DNA of 64,000 bases from contig OX597840.1 of assembly GCA_951406725.2 (NCBI GenBank), positions 1,736,001 to 1,800,000 on the forward strand, given 5' to 3'. Source of the stretch: Octopus vulgaris (Eukaryota). The position numbers and the translations under genes are program-made. Positions 13,614 through 26,107 of the stretch are shown here, in pieces. The notes below the pieces were generated by a model. It was not told where the DNA came from. It made no database searches and saw nothing but the letters and a program-made list of their open reading frames with translations. How positions within the stretch are numbered: position 1 is the stretch's first letter; the number at the start of each line of letters is the position of its first letter.

Positions 13614-13918
13614 ATCACGGTGACCGACCAGGCTATCAGTTGTTACAACACATTCCTGGTCACAATGCGCTTCGCATTGTTTTAGCCTTCAAATGACGCC
13701 ACCCCGCTGGCTAAGCGAGCAGGCCAACAGAAGAAAGGGTGAGAGAAAGTTCTGGCAAAAGAGTACAGCAGGGATTGCCACCAGCCCCTACCGGAGCCTC
13801 GTGGAGCTTTAGGAGCTTTCGCTCAATAAACACTCACAACGCCCGGTCTGGGAATCGAAACCGCAATCATACGACTGTGAGTCCGCTGCCCTAACCACTG
13901 GGCCACTGCGTCTCCACA
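13614..13918 (-). mobile_element. SINE family B (tail 2)
   Basis: Family B head and core, but the 3' part matches 60709-60825 rather than the 15319 tail. Confidence 0.9.
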
Positions 13919-13964
13919 CAATAATATATATATAATTGGCGCGGTAGATGCCTAGGTCTATATC

Positions 13965-14131
13965 ATTAACCCCGGCACTCAACTGGTACTTATTTTATCG
14001 AGCTTAAATGGATGAAAATCAAAGTAGACCTTGGTGGAATTTGAACTCAGAGCTTAAACACGGACAAAACACCGTTCAGCATTTTGTTCAGTCGAAGCGT
14101 TTTGCTGACGATTTAGCCATCTGTCCACCTT
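13965..14131 (-). mobile_element. Diverged SINE family D
   Basis: aactggtacttattttatcga...gatgaaaatcaaagtagaccttggtggaatttgaactcag. Confidence 0.75.
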
Positions 14132-14848
14132 AAAAAGCTGTGTAATATTCTGTACAAATTTTATCTGTAGTACGTGTATTTTTCTATTGTATTTTTTCTC
14201 TTTGTTGTGTCTTATGCACATACATATGGTATGAATTGAATGTGTATAATATTGTTTTCATTTGTTATATGTTATGTCTATTGTTTAAAGATTGTTCTGA
14301 AATATCCTACTGAATTGATAGGGCCTTGACTTGGAGATAGGTTACACCTATTAGGCCTAATTTTTAGAACAGCATGTAAACTTGTCAGCCCTGGTATAGA
14401 TTTTACATTTGCATTAATATTTTTTCCCCGCAAACTATTATTTGTAGTGTTCAAACCATTATTGGATATGCTATCGCTATGTGATAGCGATAGCATATCC
14501 TACCACGCTTGTAGCTAATTTCAATTCAGATATCCTATATAATTTGACAGTTTCTTGTCCACCTTCCGTGCAATGTTGTGATCAAAAGGAAAAGAAATGT
14601 CTATCAAGGCAAAAACTGTTATTCATTCCGGTCTTGGAGAATTATATCTGGACAGTTTGCGTTCATCGTCTTGTCACTCGGAACAGGCTTGTCTCAGATG
14701 ATTACATCTAGCTGTTTCCTAGGTACCATGTTTGGTAAATATCCGTAAAACTTTTTGAAGGATTTCTCTATTGTGTTGTGTAAACTGTTTTGTGTTGTGC
14801 GGCCTCTGTTTGATGACTGGGGACTGTATAACATGCTTTGTAATCTCG

Positions 14849-15206
14849 GATCTTTTCGGTTTGAACGGCAGTTTTTTTCTAGCGGTGTCATATGAAATTG
14901 TCACCCATAATTATGACCATAGAAACGATCTATTGTAGGGTTGGCGGGTGTCTTTTTCTCTTCAGAAATGTAAATAAACCCAATCTGTTTCTTAAACGAG
15001 GGACGTATTCATACAGTACAGAATGTTTTATCTCAATCGACGTCATTGATTGGTTGAAATTGCAGAAATTGAAGAAAAAAACAACTAATATCTTACAAAC
15101 TATAGAATTTTCTCAATAAAACCAAGAGAAAAAGATATACGAAGTTTAAAATTGTTTAGTTACCCAGAAATTATTTTTAAAAACTACCGTTCAAACCGAA
15201 AAGATC
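14849..15206. mobile_element. Non-autonomous TIR element (MITE-like)
   Basis: Terminal inverted repeats gatcttttcggtttgaacggcagtttt / aaaactaccgttcaaaccgaaaagatc. The left part recurs at 29181-29340. No clear TSD. Confidence 0.8.
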
Positions 15207-15318
15207 AGTGATCTTTGTTATTGGTTGTATGGGCTCTAAAGGAAACCGTGTACTATGTGTTTTGTGGCCTACATTATTAAATGTTATATAAAATGTATTG
15301 TCATATATTGAGTTGACT

Positions 15319-15704
15319 GTGGAGGCGCAATGGCCCAGTGGTTAGGGCAGCGGACTCACGGTCGTAGGATCGCGGTTTCGATTCCCAGACCGGGCGTTGT
15401 GAGTGTTTATTGAGCGAAAACACCTAAAGCTCCACGAGGCTCCGGCAGGGATGGTGGTGATCCCTGCTGTACTCTTTCACCACAACTTTCTCTCACTCTT
15501 ACTTCCTGTTTCTGTTGTACCTGTATTTCAAAGGGCCGGCCTTGTCACTCTCTGTGTCACGCTGAATATCCCCGAGAACTACGTTAAGGGTACACGTTTC
15601 TGAGGAGTGCTCAGCCACTTACACGTTAATTTCACGCGCAGGCTGTTCCGTTGATCGGATCAACCGGAACCCTCATCGTCGGAACCGACGGAGTGCTTCC
15701 ACAC
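15319..15704 (+). mobile_element. Full-length SINE family B (tail 1) with 14-bp TSD
   Basis: A box tggcccagtgg and B box ggtttcgattcc. TSD atattgagttgact at 15305-15318 and 15705-15718. Confidence 0.95.
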
Positions 15705-16688
15705 ATATTGAGTTGACTATGTTACTTGTTGTGAGGGCTGTGTTACGTGTTGTGTGGCTTATATTATGTGTTGTGTGGATGATATGTTATTATGCGTAAT
15801 GTATTGTATATTCTAATATATCGTGTGTGTTTTATGTTGTATAACTTGTATTGTTTGTTGTGAAGTCAAAGCATAACAACGTGGGTAGAGGCTGATATGT
15901 TAAAATTTCTGATGGTCTTAAGTATAAAAATATTATTAAAGATTTATATAGAACTACATTCAGAGTATGTCTATAAACTATTGTGTTTAGACCTGGTTTC
16001 TATCCTCAAACTGTTCCGTTTTGTAGATGCAATTTTTTTTTAATAAAGCACTCTGAAATTATAAAAATCAAAAATCTGCAACAATCTCGGTCCCATGAGT
16101 ATTGGATAATGGATTTTCAACTGTGTAAAGAAATTTATTGTGGCGATCGTAGTTTTGCCGGTGATTTTGGTGAAAGCAGAGACGGTGTTGATGATGACGA
16201 TGGTCGAGATAAGTATGGGATTTGCCGGCGTTGGTTTGGGAAATTGGGCGATTTTCAGCATGCGAGTATATGGGTTGAAATGAGCTACTTGTCGGTGGTC
16301 TGCACTCTCCGAGTGCTTTTACAGTTTAAAGAAATATCGTCATTTTGTTTTCGCTTTCTAAAGTCCTAAGAGCAAACAAGGATTTACGGCCAAAACCTGC
16401 TTTCTATACTTCAAAACAACCATCAGATTTTCTTTCTGAAAACAACAACAAGACGTTTGAACATATTGATAGAATACTGAAACATCAAACTGTAAAATTT
16501 TACTGAAGTTATACGGTACGGATATTTTCCTTCTATTTCGAAAGGCTGTTTACTGTTATTTATTGAATAAAATGATTCGTGGATCTTGATAGAAAACATG
16601 CAATAAGATGTTTTTGTGCTTTGTTGCTTTTAAGCGACACCATCCATTCTAGCATAAATACATGCCGAAAGGGGTTGAATGTATATAT

Positions 16689-17002
16689 TCTTTTACTCTC
16701 TTTTACTTGTTTCAGTCATTTGACTGCGGCCATGCTGGAACACCGCCTTTAGTCGAACAAATCGACCCCGGGACTTATTCTTCGTAAGCCCAGTACTTAT
16801 TCTGTCGGTCTCTTTTGCCGAACCGCTAAGTGACTGCGACGTAAACACACCAGCATCGGTTGTCAAGCAATGCTAGGGGGACAAACACAGACACACAAAC
16901 ACACACACACATATATACATATATACATATATACGACGGGCTTCTTTCAGTTTCCGTCTACCAAATCCACTGACAAGCTATAGTAGAAGACACTTGGCCA
17001 AG
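16689..17002 (-). mobile_element. SINE family A, 5'-truncated
   Basis: Tail and body match family A. The head is missing. Confidence 0.9.
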
Positions 17003-17196
17003 TCTTTTCTACGCACCTTTATAATCCCTGCGTACCAGTCATCTCCTTTCATATGAACTGCGGGAGTTTTTATGGTTAAGAAGAAACCATTGTGTTATTA
17101 GAGATAGATGAGCATTACCACACTTTTGAAGTCCATTCTCGTGTAGTTGGAACATTTCAAAGACAAACCAGACTTACAAGCATACAGATATTCTTC

Positions 17197-17407
17197 TTTC
17201 AAATTTTGGGGGCAGGCCAACAACTTTGAGTAGCGTGTAAGTAAATCGAATTGACCCCAGTACCTCACCTGGCACTTATATTATCTACCCCGAAAGCATG
17301 AAAGAGGAAGTGAACCTCGGCAGAATTAGAGCTCAGAGCATGAGGACGGACAAAATGCCGCTGAGCATTTTGTGTTGCGTGCTGACGCATCTGCATGCTC
17401 GCTTCCT
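17197..17407 (-). mobile_element. Diverged SINE family D (tail 2)
   Basis: tttcaaattttggg..caggcc...gaccccagtac...ccccgaaagcatgaaag...cctcggcagaatt. Confidence 0.75.
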
Positions 17408-17464
17408 AAAGCCTCTAGAAATATTGTGATGATGATGCGGTAAAAACATAACAACAAATAGCTT

Positions 17465-17615
17465 GGCTGTGTGGTAACAAACTTGCTTCCCAACCACATG
17501 GTTCCGGGTTCAGTCCCACTGAGTGGGACCTTGCGCAAGTATTTTCCACTATAGTTCCAGCTCAACCAAAGCCTTGTGAGTGGATGCGGTACACAAAAAC
17601 TGAAAGAAGCGTGTC

Positions 17616-17660
<45 letters not shown>

Positions 17661-17907
17661 TCTCTCAAAGAGAGATTTACAGTAACAGTTCTTTCAAGTA
17701 AAGAGTTTTTGCCAACATAATGTGGCTGTCCCGAAGAGACGAGTGTTACTGTGGTTTAGGTCCATATATATATTTCTGTGTGGATGTGTCTGTGATTGTT
17801 CTCCCACCACCATCGCCTCACAACTGATTTTCGTGTATATACAACCACGTAACTTAGTTGTTCGGCAAAAGAAACCGACAAAATAAGTATTAGGCTTACA
17901 AAGAATA

Positions 17908-17908
<1 letters not shown>
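17465..17908 (+). mobile_element. SINE family A, older copy with insert in the central microsatellite
   Basis: Head ggctgtgtggtaa...ggttcagtccc. The body resumes at ~17775. Confidence 0.85.
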
Positions 17909-17982
<74 letters not shown>

Positions 17983-18416
17983 AGTATATATAGGTAATAT
18001 AATTTTATCGACTTACTCTATATGAAGTTGATGTTTTGTCCCACTAAGGACCGGAATACATTATAGACCATGAAATGTGGCGCAAACAGATCTGGCTACA
18101 CCGCGTGGTGAGTTTGACTAGACGATAATGAAGATGATCAGGAGGTGGAGGAGGTGGAGGAGGGGAGGACGGGGATGCTAACTATCAAGGTGATGATGAT
18201 GATGATAAAATATATTTTGTGGTTTTCTATAACTGAGCTACGCTGCAAAATATTATATCAATTTATATTGCTCAATAGGATGCTGGAAACTTTTGGTATA
18301 CCCTGTATAGAAATGCAACCCTTTTGTATTTTCGAACACGTATATACACACACACACATACGCCCGCGCACACCCATTCACTCACATACAGGCATGCATA
18401 CATAAATACTTATATT

Positions 18417-18449
<33 letters not shown>

Positions 18450-18949
18450 GCATACATGCATATAAGCATATATATACCTATATATATGTATATATATGTA
18501 TGTATGTATATTTATATATATGTATATATATTTATATATATGTATGTATATATATTTATATATATGTATATATATTTATATATATACATATATATATATG
18601 CATACATGCATATAAGCATATATATACCTATATATATGTATATATATATGTATGTATATTTATATATATGTATATATATTTATATATATGTATGTATGTA
18701 TATTTATATATATGTATATATACTTATATATATACATATATGTATATGTATACTTATCTAGCTATGTATATGTATATATATATACCTCTGTATATATATG
18801 TATCCATATATTTCATCTCAGATTTATTGTGTCTACATGCTTATTCATCTACAGAATAATCTAGGTATGAATCTAAATCTAAATCTATTAATATATATAT
18901 GCATGTGCCTGAGTCACAACTGCATATACACCCACAAATACACTGACTT

Positions 18950-18983
<34 letters not shown>

Positions 18984-19007
18984 AATCTCTTTCTCTATCT
19001 CTCTCTC

Positions 19008-19039
<32 letters not shown>

Positions 19040-19589
19040 CATATATATATATGTATGTGTGTGCATGTATGTATGAATGTATGTATATGTCTACATTTAC
19101 CAATGTACACAGATGTTCACATATGAATACGTAATACAATATTCGATTTACAATAAGTAGCGAATGAAATTTTTAAATATACTATTTAATATTCCAATCA
19201 TAATTCTTCATTTTAACTGTATCTAACAGACCTACTCTATTAAGAAAAAAAATGACTTTACTTTTGTTGTTTGCCACCCTTAACTCTTTGTGTTTTCTGA
19301 TATTTCTATGAATCTTTTTACTCTTTTACTCCACGAGGCTCTGTTGGTCATTTGAAAAACTATTAACCTTTGCTTCTAAGCATGAATGCATATATATTCG
19401 CATGCATTGATTGCATGTGGTGTGTAGATGCAGGGACAGGTATGGGTGTGTGAATCATTTATATAACACGACTGAGAGATTTACTTATAGTTTCGTGCTT
19501 TTATGATACTTTAAATAGTCTTATTTATAAAACTGTAAAATACGCCATGTATCTGCAGGCACTCTTTCAGGTTCTGGCTATGAGTTATA

Positions 19590-20042
19590 TATGCTGGCTA
19601 CCCGCATGGTTCTTGGTCTCAAGCATTTGTCTTATGAAGAAAGGCTGAGGATGCTCGACCTTTATTCTCTAGAAAAACCAACGACGCCGTGGTGATCTCA
19701 TTATCGCTCACAACATAATAAGCGGAAAGTGTAACCTCTCGAAAGAGCTGTTCTTCACTCCTGCTCCAGAGAGTTGGCTGCGGGGTCACTCCGAAAAGCT
19801 CTATCTGCGACGACTTCATCTCAATCGAAGGAGAGGGGATTTCTCCGTCCGGGTTGCGGATCCGTGGAATAAGCTACCGGACGAGATAGTGAAGATACCG
19901 ACGACCGCTGAGTTCAAAGTCTCTCTTGACCATAAATGGCCTGAACTCTTTGCATGAACACCCTCCCTGTACATAACTCCATGTCCCCCTACATGGCCTT
20001 GCTTTTTGCTTTTTGAGCCAAAAAATTAACTTAACTTAACTT
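19590..20042 (+). pseudogene. CR1-type LINE 3' end
   Basis: Reads GLKHLSYEERLRMLDLYSLE / RRRGDLI...LRGHSEKL...FSVRVADPWNKLP...FKVSLD and ends in a (ttaac)n tail. Confidence 0.9.
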
Positions 20043-20279
20043 ATATATTTTGAACAATACATTTTTTTTAAAAGAGAAAACAGTGACGCTGGACATTGAG
20101 TAAGAATAACCAGAAGAAGATTGACACAAAAAATTGAACGAGAATAAAGAAAGGAAAGCAAGAAGACCATGAATCCCATCCTTCCTCATTACAGAAACCC
20201 CAACTAATGTAAGAAAAGATAATGGGAAATATGTCAATGTTTGCGAGACGTCAACCCAGTCCGGTACGGGTGTTGTCCT

Positions 20280-20700
20280 CCAGTTCGACAAAAGATACCT
20301 GTTCAGTTGTCCGCACCTGCTAAAACCTTAGCAGTGTGTTGGAGTTCTTCCTCCTACGCATAAGTTGCATTTCTTTAATACGTTAAGATCTGGCGATTTC
20401 CCATTTGATTATATACGGTCTAGAGTTGGTCTTCAAACTCCACACGTGGCCAGACAAATCACTTGTATTACATTTCTGGATGTAGCGGAATTAAGAGAAT
20501 TGGTTTGCATTACGTCCTTTGAAATTGTTCTCACATAAGTCGACGTAAATCTTCTTTTCAACTAAGTTACACTCAAGCGTTGCTGGTAGTTCTGCCTCAT
20601 ACATGAATGAGTATATCATACACATCTGATCAAGTGGGCAACCCTCAGTGTCTCGACAGCTACAATGCTGATTTTTACAAGTTACATTGTTCGTCATATT
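20280..20700 (-). pseudogene. Penelope-like element GIY-YIG region fragment
   Basis: Reads CSCRDTEGCPLDQMC...MYEA...KIYVDLCENNFKGRNANQFS, then IKWEIARS and KKCNLC. Confidence 0.85.
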
Positions 20701-20748
20701 AGGGTATTTTTTCTATACACACACACAGACATATATATATATATATAT

Positions 20749-20957
20749 ATTTCTTTACTACCCAAAATGGGCTAAACACAGAGGGGACAAACAAGGACAA
20801 ACAAAGGGATTAAGACGGTTACATCGCCCGCAGTGCATAAATGGTACTTAATTTATCGACCCCGAAAGGATGAAAGGCAAAGTCGATCACGCCGGAATTT
20901 GAACTCGGAACGTAACGACAGACGAAATAAGGCTATGCATATCGGCCGGCGTGCTAA
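20749..20957 (-). mobile_element. SINE family D (tail 1)
   Basis: Co-linear with 43471-43706. B box gagttcaaattcc on the minus strand. Confidence 0.9.
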
Positions 20958-20970
20958 TATATATATACAT

Positions 20971-21645
20971 ATATATAACAATTTAGGAATGGCCTTAACA
21001 GGCCATTCGTCCACTAGACAGAGCAGCCATAACTCCAACCGCCAAGTAATGTAATTCGGAAATAGGTGAAAAATTTAAAACGTTTACCCTAATTCATCTT
21101 TTAGACAATGCATCGTTTATGCGTTTTTAATGATAGACAGGCTTAATTAAATTAAATTAAGCTAATCTACCATAGGTCACGCTTCGTCAGTAAAGAAACC
21201 TTTGGTAGAGGCAAATATACAGGAGGCTACTGCATCGAAGCCTCTGGAATATCTGTCTTAAAATTTTCGAAGACCAGCGCAATCGCGCCAACCTTATCAA
21301 CAGCAAATATAAACTGCCGATTCAATCTCAGAATTAGTCAGAAAATAATCAATTAATCAATTTAGGGTAGTAAAAAATTCGATAGAAATTTATCACTACC
21401 AGCAGAAACGATGCATCGTCTAAAAGATGAATTATGGTAAACGTTTTTAATTTTTCACCTATTTCCGAATTACATTACTTGGCGGCTGGAGTTATGGCTG
21501 CTCTGTCTAGTGGACGAATGGCCTGTTAAGGCCATTCCTAAATTGTTATATATTTACATTTTAGTCTCATGACTATTTTTCTTTTCCACTGGGCCGCTGG
21601 TAGTGATAAATTTCTATCGAATTTTTTACTACCCTAAATTGATTA

Positions 21646-21647
<2 letters not shown>
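20971..21647. mobile_element. Composite fold-back pLTR-like element between (TA)n tracts
   Basis: 20971-21118 is inverted at 21406-21553, and 21352-21403 is inverted at 21596-21647. Contains a hammerhead motif. Confidence 0.8.
21100..21194 (-). ncRNA. Hammerhead motif with 64-nt stem II insert (core G12 mutated in this arm)
   Basis: Minus strand reads ttta-CTGACGA-a-gcgt..acgc-a-TAAA-cgatgcatt-GTC-taaa. The other arm (21405-21424) keeps GAAA-cgatgcatc-GTC-taaa. Confidence 0.65.
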
Positions 21648-21701
<54 letters not shown>

Positions 21702-21703
<2 letters not shown>

Positions 21704-22051
21704 CATAGTGCCAAGGACTCCAAATTTTCCATCAATATGTACGGCAAGATACTGTGATAGCCTGGGCTCCAGAGGTCCACAGCTCTTCAATATCCTCCCG
21801 AAAGACCTGAGAGACCTGCATGGGATGGATGCAGATGTCTTTAAAATAAAACTGGATCTCTTCCTGTCAGGTGTCCCAGATGAACCAACTTCACGGCAGG
21901 AGGTGCAGATGAGGGTAGCTGCATCGAACACTCTCATGCAACAAATGGCAATTGCTAAAAAGCATTCGTGAAGTCAAATCATGTAGCAACACCGAATGGC
22001 GGTGCCCCAGCATGGCCATAGCTCGTGAGCTGAAACTAGATAAGATAAAAT

Positions 22052-22055
<4 letters not shown>
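21702..22055 (+). pseudogene. LINE (CR1/L2 group) ORF2 C-terminus and 3' UTR
   Basis: Reads SLGSRGPQLFNILPKDLRDL...FKIKLDLFLSGVPDEP...AASNTL. The UTR ends ggcggtgccccagcatggccatagctcgtgagctgaaactagataagataaaa. Confidence 0.88.
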
Positions 22056-22090
<35 letters not shown>

Positions 22091-22143
22091 TATATATATA
22101 TATATATATAACCCAAAAATATGCAACAAGAATGGATCGGTAG

Positions 22144-22228
22144 TTTAGTACAATTGTTTCATACTATAACAATTTATTAAAGCTGCAAATATTACAGCAA
22201 ATATAATGTTAACTAATCTTCAGCTAAA
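22144..22228 (-). ncRNA. Type I hammerhead motif, 56-nt stem II insert
   Basis: Minus strand reads tttag-CTGAAGA-(56 nt, including gctgtaa/ttgcagc hairpin)-GAAA-caatt-GTA-ctaaa. Confidence 0.72.
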
Positions 22229-22450
22229 TTTCATATAGGTTTTCCAAACATCTTAGAGAGTGTAAATATGCTTATAAAGTTATAGATGTGAGTTCCAGGA
22301 ACTTGAACCAAGATTCCAAGCAGACCATATATGCTTTCCAACAATACAAAGTTCTTAAATTAATTAGTGACATCCCAGAGAAGGTAAATATACTCATAAA
22401 GATGTGGATATAAATTTCAGGAAACATGAAAAAAGATGCCAATCAGACCA

Positions 22451-22522
<72 letters not shown>

Positions 22523-22690
22523 AGTTGATATGCGTTCTGTTAAGAGCGTATAAGAGTACAAATAGAGCTCGTTCACTTTTAGAATTATCAAATAGCCGGT
22601 AATATTCTTATGTTGTGCTACCAATTCTAGTCTTAGGTAATCCTCGTGTGTGAAAATAAAAATTTTAAGTGGAAAGTATAAGATTCGAAA

Positions 22691-23033
22691 GGAAATAGTA
22701 TGTACGGTTATTCACCTTTTTTAATCGCTAGAAATATTTCGATACATACAGATCCTCCTATGTACAGGATTTAAAGTTACGTTTAAATTAAATTATTTAA
22801 CGATTTACCCTTATAAGAAGATGAAACTGTGTTTCAAAGAAGCCATGCAGACAGCAACTGAGTATCACCTGACGAGATACATATAGATTTTCTTATACAG
22901 GTAAGTCGTTACATAATTGAATTAAACTTAACTTGAAGTCCTATATATACGAGGATTTGTATGTATGGAAACATTTGTAGCGATTAAAAAGCTCCCTAAC
23001 CGTACATACTCTTCCTTTTGACTATTTTACTTC

Positions 23034-23035
<2 letters not shown>
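22691..23035. mobile_element. Fold-back pLTR-like element
   Basis: ~22691-22830 is an imperfect reverse complement of ~22880-23015 (agtatgtacggtta / taaccgtacatact). A short tail then leads into a TA tract. Confidence 0.8.
22864..22984 (+). ncRNA. Type I hammerhead motif, 92-nt stem II insert
   Basis: Reads atcac-CTGACGA-gatacatatagatttt...ggatttgtatgtatg-GAAA-cattt-GTA-gcgat. The opposite arm reads gtatc-GAAA, giving the G-C closing pair. Confidence 0.68.
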
Positions 23036-23111
<76 letters not shown>

Positions 23112-23120
23112 ATATATATA

Positions 23121-23157
<37 letters not shown>

Positions 23158-23281
23158 GTGTGTGTGCGTATGCATGTATGTGTATGTGTGTGTTAATGTG
23201 GGGGATGGGGGCGTGTCTGTATAGGCTTGTTGATACAAAAAGGTAAAAGGTATCACAAAGTTGGGTAAATATTCATTTTTA

Positions 23282-23644
23282 TTTTTTACTTGTGTCATTC
23301 ATCTGAATACGACAATGCTGGAGCACACCCTTAAAGTGCTTTTTAGTCCAAGAAATGGACGCCAGAACCTATTCTTTATAAGCCTACTGCCCCATTTCTT
23401 TTGCCGAACCGCTAAAAAACACACCAACATCGGTTGTCAAGCGATGTTGGGGACAAACACCGACACACAACCATACTCCGCACCATATACATATATACGA
23501 CGAGCTTCTTTCAGTTTCTTTCTGCCAAATCCACTCACAAGGCTTTGGTCAGCCCGAAGCTATAGTAGAAGACACTTGCCCAAGGTGCTACGCAGTGGGA
23601 CTGAACCCGGAACCATGTGGTTGGTAAGCAAGCTACTTACCACA
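23282..23644 (-). mobile_element. SINE family A, diverged
   Basis: Family A head and body on the minus strand. Confidence 0.85.
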
Positions 23645-23879
23645 TGCATGTATGTATTATGTATGCACGCATGTGTGCCTGCATGTATGTATGTATGTAT
23701 GTATGTATGTATGTATGTATGTATATATGTACGTATGCATGAATGCATGTGTGTATGTATATATGTAAGTATGTATGTATGTATGAATGCATGTATGTAT
23801 GTCTGTATATATGTATGTATGAATGCATGTATGTATGTATATACGTATGTATGTATGTATGAATGCATGTATGTATGTA

Positions 23880-23916
<37 letters not shown>

Positions 23917-24925
23917 GTAAGAAAGTATGTAGGTATGAAAAGGTATACTGAATGTGATCCTATGAAAATTTTCAAAGGAGTTTCAATCTAACCTTATGTA
24001 AGAACGTACAGAAAAGTATATGTAATGTTTGGTGTGGTGGGGGATTAAATTGATGTCGAAATGGGAGGAGTAAAAATGCAATAGAAATTAATAAAAAAAA
24101 GCTGAAAAAATATGAAGCCGGGGAAAAAGCTTTGTAGATGTTGATGGGATATAGATAAGAACCATATTAATATTGTGAATTCAGGAGAAAAAGTAAATTA
24201 TCAGAAGTTATGAAATATATACGCGTAGTATGAACGCGAAGATTTAAAACGTAAAATAAATGCATAAGAAATTGCTTTAAAAAATATGCATTAAAATCAT
24301 ACGCGTTTGCAAGACAACTTAAAAAACCAGCATTACATGACCAGGGGGCAGACGTAGTAATGGAATATGCGCTGTTTTTAATGTAACTGTACGTTTTAAA
24401 GTCACAGTGGTTGTAAGTTACAAGGAAGGCAACGATAATGGAGATAATAAGAAAAGATGGTAGCGAGGTTTTTCGGTTCGGGGAAATAATAAATAGTCAA
24501 TAAATAGTCAATACTTGGTCAATAAATAAAGCGGTTAAGATCGTATATTTCAAAGTGTCAGTTCAATACACTTAAGACATTAGGCAGCAAAAAAAAAATT
24601 GCACAATAAATACTTCGAAGTGTGCTTGCAAGAATTCAATAATTCGATATTTTTTTCTCAAAATTGCCTTCCGTTGAATAAACTAGAAAGTGAGAAGTTT
24701 TCGCTCATACATATGTTACACTGCACGGTTGATCAAAGAATATTCTAAGATTGGCCAACGTATTTGATATGATATGGCTGGATAGGATACATTGATACAT
24801 TTAAACGCGAATTGGAAACATGTGCACTAAATATTTTTTTCCCGATATTGAAAGGAAATTATCTTGTTGGTAATAACGCGTCTTGAAATTACTAGTCGTT
24901 TAGCCAATGTGTCTTCGAAACATAT

Positions 24926-25340
24926 GGCGCAGGAGTGGCTGTGTAGGAAGTAGCTTGCTTACCAACTACAGGGTTCCGGGTTCAGTCCCACTGCGTGGCA
25001 CCTTGGGCAAGTATCTTCTAGTATAGCCTCGGGTCGACCAAAGACTTGTGAGTGTATTTGGTAGACGGAAACTGAAAGAAGCCCGTCGCATATATATATA
25101 TATATTCATATGTGTGTGTGTATGTATGTATGTATGTATGTGTATATATTTGTGTGTCTGTATTTGTCCCCCCCAACAACACTTGACCACCGATGTTGGT
25201 GTGTTTACGTCTCCGTAACTTGGCGGTTCGGCAAAAGAAACCGATAGAATAAGTAGTAGGCTTCCACAGAATAAGTCCTGGGGTCGATTTGCTCAAATGA
25301 CTGAAACAAGTAAAAGAGTAAAAGAATGTAAAGAGAGTAA
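24926..25340 (+). mobile_element. SINE family A, full head
   Basis: Starts ggcgcaggagtggctgtgt and ends gactgaaacaagtaaaagagtaaaag. Confidence 0.92.
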
Positions 25341-26107
25341 ATATGTATGTGTGCATATATATTATAGATAGGCACATATATATTAACTCTTTATGTGTAT
25401 GTGTTTGTGAGAGTATGTGTATTTGTGTATTGCATTTGTGTTATACTTCTATACAAATCCATTACACTTATTCGCTCAGCTGTGACTAACAGTCAATTAA
25501 AAGATTAAGCGCTTAAAATTTAAGATTTAAAGCCAGTTTATGTAAACCAGCCTCATGGGTTATATCTTCATGAGTTTATCAAAACACATTAATCCGATTT
25601 CAAAACAACAACAAAAAACCTGTTTAGGGCAACTGATCGCTGCCGTTATTTTTACTTTTGCGTGGTTTTTGCTATTTACGTTATTCTCATCACCACAGGG
25701 TGTCTCACTTGTGATCAGCCCATCCGTTCTCAATCTCAGCGTACCTAGAATTACACGCTCTAAAATTTCTATTGAACATATTTTTGGTTTTTGAATTAAA
25801 TCAGTAAGGCATACATCGAGGGAAAGATTCGCTGCCATTTCTTGCTATGAGAGAGGTCACGGAAGGCCTTCCATTTTCTTCTGTCGCAGTTGACATTGTT
25901 TTTGGCGCCGTTGTATAAAAGGGCGCTGACTCCCAACGGCCGAACCTATAATTAAAAGCTTTAGATCTCTTAAACCTCCCTGTCCTTTTCCCAAACGCAT
26001 CGCAACACCATTCAATTTTGTACTCTCCAAACGCAATACTCAAAACACTAAAATTAAATTAGAATGTTATTTCAAATAACTTAAATGCTATATATATGTA
26101 TATACAT

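Noticed and set aside
14360-14725. Possible FN3-like exon (NSDILYNLTVSC)
   Set aside because: The motif is too short and there is no consistent frame or splice support.
25801-26043. LINE ORF1-like or host exon
   Set aside because: No recognisable conserved motif by eye.
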